64,000 bases of DNA from Microthyrium microscopicum (taxonomy: Eukaryota). The stretch is from positions 1,437,530-1,501,529 of the forward strand of contig MU004238.1 of the NCBI GenBank assembly GCA_010405405.1. Direction: 5' to 3'. Below, piece after piece: positions 11,115-22,734 of this stretch (positions within the stretch are counted from its first letter, which is position 1; every line of letters begins with the position of its first letter). Below the pieces are notes generated by a model, which worked only from the letters and a program-made list of their open reading frames with translations, was not told the origin of the DNA and did no database searches. A program made the position numbers and the translations under genes.

Positions 11115-14100
11115 TTAGGCGTACCACATCACATTTTTGAGGGAGTCGTTGAGAGGCAGCAGATTGATGGTCGCAGGATCTTCGCCGCCGGAGCGAGCAT
11201 CCGCAAAGACCTTGCGAGAGTCCTCACCTTGGAGAATACGCATCTCAACGCGCTTAGACTCAGTCAACAACGAGGCCATGTCAGCATGTGGCTTGGCGCG
11301 GTAAGCCGCAAGATGGGCATAGTAGACAGCGGGGAACATCGAGACTGGTGTAGTCGAGCGGATGTACTGGAAGCTGTTCTCAAAGATGAACTGTTGTAGA
11401 AGCTCGACTGGGTAACCCTTCTCATCCAATATCATGCGATAATGGACTGGGCGAGCAGTACCCTTAAGGGCGACATGAGAGTTTAAGTACCAATCATACT
11501 CGTTGGCCAGAGTTACACCTTTCTCAACCAAGGTTCCAGGAATGGGATTGCCGTTTTGATCGCCTCGATCAGGGAAGAAGCGGACATGATGGCGCTTGGT
11601 GGCAATGAGGACTGTGAATTTGGGAGTCAGGGTACCGGTCTTGTTGAGGGACTTCATGTAATCCTCAAAGGCTTTCTTGAGATCGCGAACCTCTTCGGCG
11701 ATCACTTTGTATGCTTGCTCATTGGAAACGCCGTCTCGAACATAGATGATTGTCTGCGGAGCCATTTTGTTGGCAGGGCACCATATTTTGAGGATCTCGC
11801 GGAACATCTTCTTGATGGCATTCGTGGAGATCATCTCTACGCGCTCACCGTTGGATTCCACTTGAGCGTGGAAACGGTTGAACTTGTGGTCAGCACTCGC
11901 CACAAGTGCAGCAATGGAAGGATCGTTGGATCCGGGAGACGCATGAGTAACATCTGCACCGAGGACAAGAATGCCCTGGCCAGGTTCGTAGAATTTGGTG
12001 ACATTGGTCAAGGCTGTACCAGCTCGACATGTAGCTCCACCAAGCTTCGCATTCACTTTCATGCAAATATTTGATATGTACTGTCCGCTCGGCTCTTTAC
12101 CGTTCTTGAAGTGTTTGGAGGCCATGACTTGTGATGCGGTGCCCCAGCGTAAGTCACAATGACGCTTGATGCCATTGTAAGTTTCCACGTTGCGGTCAGG
12201 AACTACGAAGAAGAGCAGTTCTGGCTTGCTAGTCGCTGTCTTTTTGATCTCGTTGGCAAACTCGTCGAAAGTAGTAGTTCCGCGAAGGAAGTCACCAGAG
12301 AAGATAGCCGGCTTTGGGTTTGCCATTCGACCTCCATGACCAGCGAAGATCTTTACAAAGGAAGTGGCAAATCCTTGTGCTTGAGCTGTGGTGATGCATG
12401 GGCCACGACGGTCCTTTTGAATGGCAATCGCCCAGGTCTTGGGCTGAACGGAGTTGGTACGGTCGAATTTTTTGCCATCAATACGCCATCTACCAGACTG
12501 GGTTTCCTTAGCAAGAATCTTGCCATTTTGAAAGTCGACAGATGGGCAGTTGAGTAGCCGAGCGTCCTTCAAATGCACAGGGCTCTCCGCGTTTTTCACG
12601 ACCATACCGTAGTGCTTCAAGTAAGGGTCTTGGGGCCAATTCATGCTATGCACAGCTTTCTGAATGGAATCCCAGCGAGCTTTGGGTAGTGTGACTGCAA
12701 AGTTCAACATGGCGGAGGTCTGACGCTCGTCCAGTTTGAAGGGATAGCGCTGGTCAGGAGAAATGGCAACGACCTCCATTGGAAAGTAATCAATCATTTC
12801 CGTGAAGACAGGCTCTCCATCTTTGTCTAGGACCTTTTTGCCATCCTTGCCAATCTTCAGTTGTCGCTTTTTTACAGCGACCATGGGGAAGTGACCAACA
12901 ACAATTCCATACTTCTTTTTGAAATAAGCAGCAACAGAGATTTTTGTGACCTTGCCGTTCTCCTCTTGTTCAAAGTAGTGTTGATGAGGAGATTTTGGAA
13001 CAATGTCGGAGATACCCTTTTCAGCTTCGAAGACATTGACATCTTTGGATTTGAGATGTCGGGGGTTCATTCGAACGCGGCGGAAGCGAGACATGGCCTT
13101 TCCGGTGCGGGTGCCGTCGTAATAAGCCTTTTGGGCTTCGCGGTCATTCTTAGCATTTTTCCAGGCTGTCTCCATGTCGCGCTTGAAGTCGTTCTCAAGA
13201 GTCTGGGTGTTGCTCATACCAAGATACGCAGGCAAAAGTGCCTTTAGCATACCAGGTCTAAAGAAGGCACAATTGGCCACATCAACCACCAAAGAGAGGG
13301 TGCGTCGAGGTTTGTTCTGCGAGTCGAACTCCTGGAACGTAGGCTTGAAAGAAACATAAACCCCTTTGACAGCATCCACACCATAACCGAGATCTGCACG
13401 ATCATTGATATTTGGCTCCTTGGCAGCCTTTTCGGCTTTGCGGAAGAAGGACTTTTTGAGAATGACCATGTTTCGACGCGGCGACTGGTGAAGAACGTGC
13501 TCAAGGAAGTTGAGAGTCTCGCCCCAGAAAGTCTGATTGCGGTCCAAATCGGTAGCATCTAAGGTCGAGGCTTTGTTTCGAATCTCGTCCTTGCCTTGAA
13601 GCATGTTCGCCATAGACGTGAAGTCGAGTTTCTTGGCGAATTTGATCGTCACAGTGACACGGTTTGGGCTGTCAGGCTTTGACTGCTTTTTACCTTCTTG
13701 AACATTTAAATCAATCTCTTGGACGATTTCCTTTTCAATATGGGTGTCTGACCAGCCAATTTTGTTGCCATCGTAGACGAAGGTGTTCGGACTTGGAATG
13801 AGTGCTTGTACAGCACGGTCGTTCCAGCAGCGCTCTTTGATTTTTCGCAAGGTAGGTTCGCGACCTTTGCCATTCTTGAAGTCAATGTCGTACTGGTAGA
13901 TTTTGGTGCTGCCATTGCACAACTTTGTAGTGTCGACTTCCCAGCAATTGATTTTGACTGGGATAGGCTTGCCTTGGCCGTTTAGCTTCATACGCTTTGG
14001 GATCTTAGTAGCATCGATCTGTGTTTTCTTGTTAGCCAGATTGTCATTGACGAGAGACAAGGGGGATTTGAGAGCAGAAGGAGATTTGGGAAGACGTTGG

Positions 14101-14135
14101 GAGGACATCTTTGGGGATGATTGAGGAGTCGACAT
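11115..14135 (-). CDS. Argonaute protein (N-L1-PAZ-MID-PIWI), probably SMS-2-like clade
   Basis: Single 1006-aa ORF. Motifs: IYQYDI, VYDGNK, PAZ end YFPMEV, MID SNICMKVNAKLGG, PIWI LGADVTH, RVEMI, YVRDGVS, KRHHVRFF, GTARPVHY, PAVYYAHLAA. The catalytic D-E-D-H residues are present. Confidence 0.97.
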   Translation of the reverse strand: MSTPQSSPKMSSQRLPKSPSALKSPLSLVNDNLANKKTQIDATKIPKRMKLNGQGKPIPVKINCWEVDTTKLCNGSTKIYQYDIDFKNGKGREPTLRKIKERCWNDRAVQALIPSPNTFVYDGNKIGWSDTHIEKEIVQEIDLNVQEGKKQSKPDSPNRVTVTIKFAKKLDFTSMANMLQGKDEIRNKASTLDATDLDRNQTFWGETLNFLEHVLHQSPRRNMVILKKSFFRKAEKAAKEPNINDRADLGYGVDAVKGVYVSFKPTFQEFDSQNKPRRTLSLVVDVANCAFFRPGMLKALLPAYLGMSNTQTLENDFKRDMETAWKNAKNDREAQKAYYDGTRTGKAMSRFRRVRMNPRHLKSKDVNVFEAEKGISDIVPKSPHQHYFEQEENGKVTKISVAAYFKKKYGIVVGHFPMVAVKKRQLKIGKDGKKVLDKDGEPVFTEMIDYFPMEVVAISPDQRYPFKLDERQTSAMLNFAVTLPKARWDSIQKAVHSMNWPQDPYLKHYGMVVKNAESPVHLKDARLLNCPSVDFQNGKILAKETQSGRWRIDGKKFDRTNSVQPKTWAIAIQKDRRGPCITTAQAQGFATSFVKIFAGHGGRMANPKPAIFSGDFLRGTTTFDEFANEIKKTATSKPELLFFVVPDRNVETYNGIKRHCDLRWGTASQVMASKHFKNGKEPSGQYISNICMKVNAKLGGATCRAGTALTNVTKFYEPGQGILVLGADVTHASPGSNDPSIAALVASADHKFNRFHAQVESNGERVEMISTNAIKKMFREILKIWCPANKMAPQTIIYVRDGVSNEQAYKVIAEEVRDLKKAFEDYMKSLNKTGTLTPKFTVLIATKRHHVRFFPDRGDQNGNPIPGTLVEKGVTLANEYDWYLNSHVALKGTARPVHYRMILDEKGYPVELLQQFIFENSFQYIRSTTPVSMFPAVYYAHLAAYRAKPHADMASLLTESKRVEMRILQGEDSRKVFADARSGGEDPATINLLPLNDSLKNVMWYA

Positions 14136-15949
14136 GATGAGCCACCACTTGATTGTTCAGAGCCAGAAAGTTGTGGACTGCAACGCCCAGAGGACTCTTC
14201 ATAGCTTTATACCACATCAAGCGGTTCTCGCATTGACCAAGACGAGGGGAAAACAAGAAAGTGAAGTACACCAGGGGTGTATTTGACCGGCCTCAAATAC
14301 GTCAAAGCTTGGGAAGGAAACGCCTTTTTGGAAAATAGTGCATGTTCTGAAATGGTAAAGTAACTTACGTCGGCGCCATTGTATTTGGCCCAGAACTCCC
14401 AGTTCTGCTCCACACGCGCCGAAGACTCAGCGAAGTTGGCATGCAGACGTCGGAATTGCTCGAGAGCACGGTTTGGGGCTTCCATCTTGTAGATGAACTT
14501 GCGGTGGCTATTTGAGTTAGTGGTGTTGGGTTGGATTGAGTAGAGTTTTGTAAGTGGGAGAAGTGTATAAGGCTTTGAAGGTTGTCGAAGCAATGGTTCA
14601 AGATGTGGAAGACGTAGAGAAGAGTGGTTTGTAGGAGAGATGGTTATGAAGAGGGTAGAAGAGGTTAAATAGACGAGGATCTGGAGCAGAGATGCAGTGA
14701 CGGATCTCGATGTCCCAATGAGGCAGTGAGACTTCTCAACGTCGACTGAGCCAACTGAACCAGTGTCTCTCAAGTGTCTGAAGTTTAGGCAGATGCGGTG
14801 TAATTGGGCAATTGAGAACGGAGGGGAAGTGCTAGGAATGCTGCTAGGAAGATTCCTTACCAGTTTGAAGAGCTGAGAAGACGAAGCTTGACGCTGAGTT
14901 AGTAGGAGGGTTTTGGAAAGCTTGAAGCTTGAAGGGTAGTAGAGTGCTTGATTGACGAAGTGTTTTGGGATCAAAGTAGAGTTGGTAGAATGGATGGAAC
15001 TTGTGTGGATGTAGAAGTGTGTGGTAGAAGGATGATGAAGAAGAAGTGGAGGATTGGAGCGATGGATCAAAATGCTTTATACCAACGAGATGCAGGATTG
15101 GAAGCGGTCGAGTGACTGGGACCGGATGCAAATGGCAATGAGAACTTACGCTGACGAAGGTTGAGATACCCGATGGGGTGACCGAGTGCCCTCAGAGCAC
15201 TGAGGATAGAAAATGGGGCAGCAGCAGTTGTCCGCTGGCCTAGTGAATGGATTGGATATTGAAGATTTGAATGATGAAGAGGGAAGGGTGAGAGAGGGAT
15301 GAGAGGGTGGTGAGAGAGATAGACGGTGTTTGTTGATGATTGTTTTGGCGAGAGGCAGCATTCATGATTGGCAACTACTGCCGGTTGCCAATGGCCACAC
15401 ATGCACCAAGGCACGAAGTAGAGCAGGAACCCAGGCCGGTCCAGACCAGAGATGAGTCGGGTGCTACCCACGTCTTGGAAGGCGCATACCACTTCCCTGT
15501 CTGACGGTATCGTGGGTTTCGTTAGAGTAAAGCCATTTGAAAAGCAGCAGTAGCAAAAGCGATCAAGAAAAGCGCTGGAGGAGGCGTGACCTGGTTCATG
15601 TATGAGTGTTGTGAACCACTGCAGAAATCGTATCAAAGAGTTATCGAGTTCACCAGAACCATGCCCAAGAAAAGCACGGATTGTATGATTTCTGATCTTA
15701 TTCTAGCACCACGCTCAGCTTTTTGATTCATACCAAAGAGAATAGAAATTGCACTGTTGTCTACCACGAGGCAAGGAATCGAAGGGCACATGGAAGAGTC
15801 TTTCTACAGAAGGGAGGAGAGAAGCGGGCGATCAGAGGCAGGAAACTTACTTCTAACATGCTACTCTGCTGATCACGCACTTGTCCTGGTACCTGTTACA
15901 ATGGATGTCCAATTTCTCGAGTGGCATTCAATACAAAAGGAGTGCGAAT

Positions 15950-15992
15950 GCCCTCGAATGAGATGAGAAGTCGCCCTCGAATGAGATGAGAA
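15950..15992. repeat. Perfect 20-bp direct repeat with 23-bp period
   Basis: GCCCTCGAATGAGATGAGAA at 15950-15969 and at 15973-15992. Confidence 0.9.
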
Positions 15993-18446
15993 ATCCAGTC
16001 GCGCTCCTTGTTACAAGCCATTGATATTCAAATTTTCGAGTCCATTTGTTGTGCCGCAGCTGAGCTCTAGCACTCAGCAGATCCAGATTCAAATAGCAAG
16101 TCCTGGAGTTGTTTGGAAAATTATTGTATATGCCTTAGACTCTGACAGCGGCAAGAATTGTAGCATTAACCACGCTAACACTGGGCGGCGTATTGACATT
16201 CAAGCCTAGCTGCAGTCTCTTTTCCAATGCCTCTTATCAAGTAAGTAGCCATTAAAGATCCAGACACGGTTCCACGTGCGTTCGATTGACATCTAGTGTT
16301 CTCCCAGGACTCCAGAGACAGTGTCGACTCTCCCAACACAAACCATGCAGTTCGCCGACGGTACGGGACATGCGCTCCTCAAAACCATGCATCCTCACAT
16401 TCCTTGCTCATATTGCCTTCCCAAGTATTCGTGTCTTCAATGGATATCGATATTTGTGCCGGACGATCATGATTGCGCTGTCGCCGCGTGGGAGAGGAGT
16501 AGGGGTTCCATCGCGGGACTTCAAAGGTAGCGGATTGCTGCTGGCCGACTTCCGTCAACGTAGGAAACGAAGAGGTGAGAAGGGGAGACGGATGCTCGTC
16601 GCCAACGCGTCTGTATTTGTCGTTGTGCATGTTCCGCTGCAAGTGATGTTGGATACCGTCGAGGGCTGGGATGATTGATCCGATGGACCGCCAGGAAAAA
16701 GCAATTATCAATGCAGGGACCAACCAAATGAGCCTCAGCCTTATGAACCCTGGAAGAAATTAAGTCAGCATCAGGCTAATGTCGCTGCTTCGAATCCGAT
16801 TTGCCATGAAGCTCTCAATTTCTTCCAGAATAGAGTATAGGTAGGAATTGTTGATGGAGAAGCAGCAAAAGGGGTAAAAATGATCTTTGTTTTGAGCTCC
16901 GTGTTGTAAATCCTACAAGCAAGATGCCGATACACAACGCCAAAATGCAGCGGTGACACCATATGTTCGCCTCAAATTCCAAGTGCTTTGCCAGAAAAGG
17001 TCTACCTACTTCACAGTTTCTAACCAGAAAGCTTGGCGGGCCTAAAGTGTTGATCCTGTTCGCGTTATACGTTGAGCTTATTCATTCATAGATTCATCAT
17101 CTCCATTCCAACACCTATCTTTTTCAATCAAAGTCTGTACCTTTCGTCCACCATTCTCCCCAATCAATATGCCGACCTTCAGACATGAGTTCTCAATTGG
17201 ACATGTCCAGCACCATCATCCAAGACTACAACAAGACTTGTCATCAGCATACAGCCAGTGCAGACACCCCGACGTTGAAAAAAGGCTCCAGCCTAAGAGA
17301 ATATTACAAAAGCTGCGACCACGCTGTAAATTACTTTACCGAAACAATACACGATTGAAATACAGTCAATGCTGCGACCAAAATGGCTAGACCATCCAGA
17401 CCACCGCTTTCACTCCTCGACCGTACCACCGGCCTCCTCCTTGACCACTTTTCTCGGCCTCACGATCCAATCATACTTCGGCAAAGCCTTATCTGTCCTC
17501 GGAGACCGGAGTAGGCGTTTGTCCAATCGAAGAGCCTGGACTCAGTAATTCACATTTGGCGCGGATATTCGACCAGTGGCTTAAGATGGTCTTTGCCCCA
17601 GGTCTACGGGCCAAGCATCGCAGCTGGCTACCATCGGCAAGTTTCATACCAAGGCGACGATAGCCGCCGGGGACCAGGCGCGAAGTGAGAATCAAGGTAC
17701 TTGCACTGCGTGAGGAGGGCCATATAAACGGTGCAAAGAGCTACAAGAACCCAAACTCCAGGCAGGCGATCGCTGGCGACTTCAGGGCGTGAACAGAACG
17801 TGCTCACCCGCTTCAGAGTTATGTTTGGGCCCGGAATCAGTATATTGCGAGAGAGACAGAGAAAGGTGGAAGTCAGAACTTGACATGGTCAGTGGAGCCA
17901 TTCTCTAGTGAGTGCGATTCAAGGTCGCTCAAATAAGCCGAAGCATTGTGGTCTTGTTGATATCTGTTTACCAAGTTCAACGAACAGCGCTTGACCATGG
18001 GATGAAATGACTTCAACTTAGCTTCAACTTCAAAGTCTGAGATATGATACCCCACTGCCTATCCTGGATATGGCAAGCGGCTTTGGCAGAGAGAAGAAAG
18101 CAGCACACATTGCTGTATTTCCAATAGCCTCAAGTCAAAACAGAGTAACTTCTCATAGTAGCGGTGCGCCTTCTACTCCAAGTATGGGAGAAACGTTGAG
18201 CCGACAGGAAGCATAAAACCATTGCTTCTCGTCACTCTGCACTCTTCTTCTCTTATTCACCTTCCTTCAACTACTTTTCATGAACATTGTTAAGTCAGAT
18301 TAATTCAACCTGACACACCTCTTCTCTTCCAAGGTTCATACCCTTCCAACCGCTTCAGCACCTCCCAGCAGCTCTGCTATCTTCCAGCGAGTCTGTTATA
18401 TCCCAGCAACTCATCTATCTACCAGCAGCTCAGCCAGATTTTCAAG

Positions 18447-20209
18447 ATGCCTTTGAAACGAGCTTATATCAAGAAGCTCGAAGACGAAGTAGACGAGGAG
18501 TATGGCTTGAAGGGCAAAGGCAAAAGCTCAGGGGCTCAGAGCAAGAAACGTCGAGCTCTCAACAGCCTGAAAGCCGAAAAGAAGAAGTCAAAGAAGTCCC
18601 GAGTTCGCGGTAAATATCATCCCCTGCACATCGCGAAAGTCTACAAGAGTGAAGGCACAGGCATCTTGCAGATCGAAAATGCGAACCCGTCCAAGAAGGT
18701 AAAGCTGGACAGAATCATGAAGTGTATTATCAAGGCCGATCATCCAAACACACCAGAGCAGGAGAAGAAATCCTCACTTTTCCTAGCTCAGCGCGAATGT
18801 GAGCGCTTGAAGTTCACAGTCGACAAGGTCCGCCGTTGGATGAAGTACAAGACAAAGGATGGAATTAGTACGGTTCGGATTGAGCGTTACGCTGAGGACG
18901 GTCGCGGCATGACAAACGAGGGATTCGTACCTACCTTAGCTGATGCAATCGCAAAGGCATGGGCCCTCATCAAATTCTCGACTCGGGCTCAATATGGAGG
19001 CAAGTTCTTCATCGAGTGGAGCTTCTTCGGAGTCGCGAATCGAACTACCCAGGCTGCACAGGAGTTTGTCCGATGGCATAGATGTGAGTTTTTATTTTTC
19101 CTGGCACCTTCGCTTTGGGTCATTGATTGTTGTGGCTTCCATCGCACCTGATGGTTTTCATAATACTCTCTGTGCTATAGTAGTCAATGGTTCCCATAAG
19201 ACTCGATGGATATTTGGGCCGAAAAGGTCTTTCGGCTTTTTCGACGGATATTATTGTTGGGAACTCTCTTTCGTGATCTGATACTGACAATTTCCAGGCA
19301 TCTGGGAGTATTCCATGCTGCGAAAGCAAGATCAAGACGTTCGGACTGCAAGAGCCAAACAAAGTGGCAAGAAGATTCCCAAAAAGCTTAACTTAAGAAG
19401 CTTGCGGATGGGATGCGCTGCTGGAATAAATGCTGGCGTCATGGCAAAAGTCAAGGCCATCGAATACCGCGGCAAGATCGCGAAGCAGAAGCTGGTCGAA
19501 GCGAATGATCTGCAGCGAAAATTGGAGTCTGATCGTAAGAAGATGGAGGGTCGAGCTGCTGGTAGCTCACGAGTGGATAAGAAAGCCATTGAGGCCGAAT
19601 TCGCAGTCAAACAGGTTGCCGGTGAGCTGGACGAAGCTGAGGAGGAGGATGACGACGATGAGACTCAAGTTGGCGATGAAGCACCTGTAGACTTTGAAGC
19701 AACCGTCCTGGAGACTATCGAGATGGAAGACGATGTGGACGCCAGTATTGCTCAAGTGGCTCAACGAGCCCGTGAGCTGCAAGATATCCGCGACACAGCA
19801 TCGCAAGCCATCGCAAAGGTCAATCGACTCCAGACTGAGCTCCAGCGGGCTGAGGATTTCTTCCACATCTATCGAAGCATGATCACGAAAGTGAAGAAGA
19901 ATGTTCCACGCCCAGTTCCGCACAAGGACGAGGCCTCGTTCAAAGATGGCTTCAACTGGGGTCGTATCCAGACAGTCCAGGGTAAGTTTTGCCCCTATGA
20001 TAGATCACATAGCGCTGGTTGCAGCCTTATACTGATGAACTATAGGCATTATTGACCAAGAATGGGCAGATGATGACTCCGAGGAGTCAGAAGACGAGAA
20101 TGACGAGCATGAAGAGGAGGAAGAAAAGGAGGAAGAAGAGAATGAAGAAGATAATGGAGAAGATGAAGAACAGGAAAACCAGAAAGGCATGGTTAGTGAG
20201 GACGAGTAG
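18447..20209 (+). CDS. Hypothetical protein, about 495 aa: Lys-rich N-terminus, coiled coil, acidic C-terminal tail
   Basis: CAAG-ATG start. Exons 18447-19083, 19298-19981 and 20046-20209 are joined in frame by GTGAGT...CTGAC...CAG and GTAAGT...CTGAT...TAG introns (junctions RWHR-CIWEYSMLRK and VQ-GIIDQEW). I recognise no family. Confidence 0.7.
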
Positions 20210-20323
20210 TGTGCTGGCGATTTGATATAACCCGGATGTGGTAACTATCATACATCGGACTGGAGTGCCATTCATTATGGTTACTCCACTTTCTCTCGTT
20301 TTGACTTTCAGCTGGAAATGCTA

Positions 20324-20459
20324 CGACCTCTGGCTGCGATACTGAGATTTTTCTCGAAAATTGGCAGAAAATCTGATGGAACACGAGATTGTTTCGACTT
20401 TGGTTGCGAGAATGAGAATTTTTCCGAGAATTGACAGACAGTGTGACAAAACATGGGAG
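20324..20459. repeat. Degenerate tandem duplication of about 70 bp
   Basis: CGACCTCTGGCTGCGATACTGAGATTTTTCTCGAAAATTGGCAGAAAATCTGATGGAACACGAGA versus CGACTTTGGTTGCGAGAATGAGAATTTTTCCGAGAATTGACAGACAGTGTGACAAAACATGGGA. Confidence 0.7.
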
Positions 20460-20934
20460 AGCTATTGATCATGTAGTTAGTTGCTTTCATCGAGCGGTGC
20501 TTTCGATAATGATGGTTTGCATGAAATGAAATGTCTTTAATTACAAGTCGGAACTATTCATCGTGGTATTTGTAAGGGATACTCTAGAGTACAAGTCAGC
20601 AGAGAAATAGTGTACAAAGTAATCGGCCTACTAGAACCTATAATTATAATAGCCACCCGTTCGTCCACCTGGCATAACGCGAAGATGCTACATAAACACG
20701 AATTCCGCCCATACACGCAGATATAGTCAGGCACCCAGCTTCCCCAAGGAAGAGCACTGTACAAATCCATATCAAGAAAAGGTAAAACAAGAATGATTTC
20801 ACCACCCATCAGTAGAACATCCAGCTATGCAACGCATCCTTCTCACATTTTCTTGGCTCTTCGATCAATCCACATATTTCATCATCGTAGAAAGGTTATA
20901 TAAAAGCTCTAGGCTGCACCACTTCATAAGAATC

Positions 20935-22734
20935 CTAGACTTCTTCATGGTCATGCGAAGCGTGATGTGTCAAGCTAAGATGACTTTCTGATCGCTGTCT
21001 CGTCAATGGTGGAACCGCTTCAGCCTGTCCAGCTCCGCCATCCAGCACAAAGGGGCCGGCATCATTTCGAGGTGTCATTGGGCCTTCGGTTGGTACCCCG
21101 TTACCGTTAGAAAGAAGGTCATACCGCCGGGTGCCTGGTGAGGGATTACGATTAGGAATAGGACGAGCGGCAGACATGACTGACCCGTTTGGCGGTGGTG
21201 GTGGCGGAGGTGGAGAGGTGGTGACGGCGGGAATTCCATTCAAATTACTCTCAGCGCCCGCGGTTGCTGCTATAGGTGCGCTTACAGGCTCAACGGCAGG
21301 GGGAGGTGGTGCTGGACGTCCCGGTGCAGGATTTATAGCATCGGCCATAAGAGAATCACCTTCATCATCGACTTCGTGCTGCGGTTCTTCCATAATCTTG
21401 GGATCGAGAGTCGTAGGTGCAATTGCTGGACTTTGTTTACTCTGCTCGATCGCTTCTTTGAGATCTTCCTCCCAATCGCTCTCTTGCTCCTCCACTTCCG
21501 CTTCAAGATCGGCGACAGCGCGGCAGTTTGGACATAAAAACTGCGGATAGTTTGATCCATTGAGAATTGGGCGAATACATTTATAATGCCAAACATGAGA
21601 GCATGGCGCAACAAACAATGACTGACAAGGCTGCTGCAGATTAGCACATGCTCCCGCGAGGATAAGATTTGACTTACAGCGACCGACATTAGACATATAG
21701 CGCATTCTGAAGAGCTTAATGAAGCAGTATCTGAATCTCTTTTTGGTTTTGGATCAGCCAGCTTTCGCAATTTACGATGTGTTGTTTTGCTGCATGCATT
21801 AGCACCTGTTGTGTCAACCTGAAAGGGGGACTTACTTAAAGTTGTTCAACGCTTTCTGCCAACCACGATTGAGCTCTATCCGTATTTTTACGCAACGGAA
21901 TATCATCTCCTCGCCCCCTCTGAAGTCTATACCTAGTTGTACAACATCACCATCGTTGATTGGCCATGGTCTGCTTTCCACTCCAGGAGGGCTCAAACGT
22001 AGATGATTGAGAAAGGTGCCCGAGCTTGATTTGACATCTTTGATGAACCACTGAGAGTTCTCGCACCAAAATTCGCAGTGTCGCCGTGAGACGACTTTGG
22101 ACTTGAAGCCGACTGGAGCAGATGAAGGCGTGTTACGAGGAATGTCGCCTGGCTGAGCATCTCTCTCAGAGTAACGCCCAACCTTTATCACGGACTCTTG
22201 TGTAGGTAGTGTGCGGGAGACGGCTTGGAAAGCTAATGAGGGACGGGTGGCTCGTGGATCGTGATGAGGTATAAAGCGGATGGAAGGGAGGTTGTGAGAG
22301 TCTTTGGGAGCTTGATCCATCGGAGCGGATGAGTTTCGCGTCATGGGTAAAGATGCTGTAGCCTCAGAGAGATCGTTTTGAGGGGAGGCCAGGTCCAGGT
22401 TTGTTTCAACAACTTGAGGCGGCGTAGTAGTTGTGTTTGTTCCGGACACAGTGCCGCGTAAAGTCGGGAACCAACCGCTTGGAGTGTTACTGGAGTTGGC
22501 GGATGTAAGGATAGACGCAGGGGCACTGGTACTGGCAAGTGGTGGTTGTGGTGGGGATGCTGGCACAGCTGGCGAAGGTGGAAGAGGGGGAGAGTGTTCG
22601 TCGCGGTTCGGGATCTGCCTGGAATCACTTTGTCTGTGGTGTGTATAGTTCCGCAAGTAGCTCAGACCTCTGCCAATGCGAGAAGGCGACTGAGGCGGGC
22701 TTGTTGGGGGGTTCTGTTCCGAGGTAGTCAACAT
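20935..22734 (-). CDS. DMA1: FHA-RING E3 ubiquitin ligase (Dma1/Chf family)
   Basis: FHA motifs: IKVGRYSE, GFKSKVVSRRHCEFW, DVKSSSGTFLN, QLGIDFRGG. RING: CAICLMSVAPCQSLFVAPCSHVWHYKC...CPNCR. Introns 21835-21790 and 21677-21631. Confidence 0.93.

Noticed and set aside
14207..15070. 287-aa ORF upstream of Argonaute
   Set aside because: Most of it is S/T/L/H-rich, as expected from a pyrimidine-rich leader. Only the part from 14485 looks coding, and that is reported as a finding.
16286..18055. Several short ORFs between Argonaute and the orphan gene
   Set aside because: No recognisable domain, no consistent splice model, and stops in all frames. I cannot support a gene or pseudogene.
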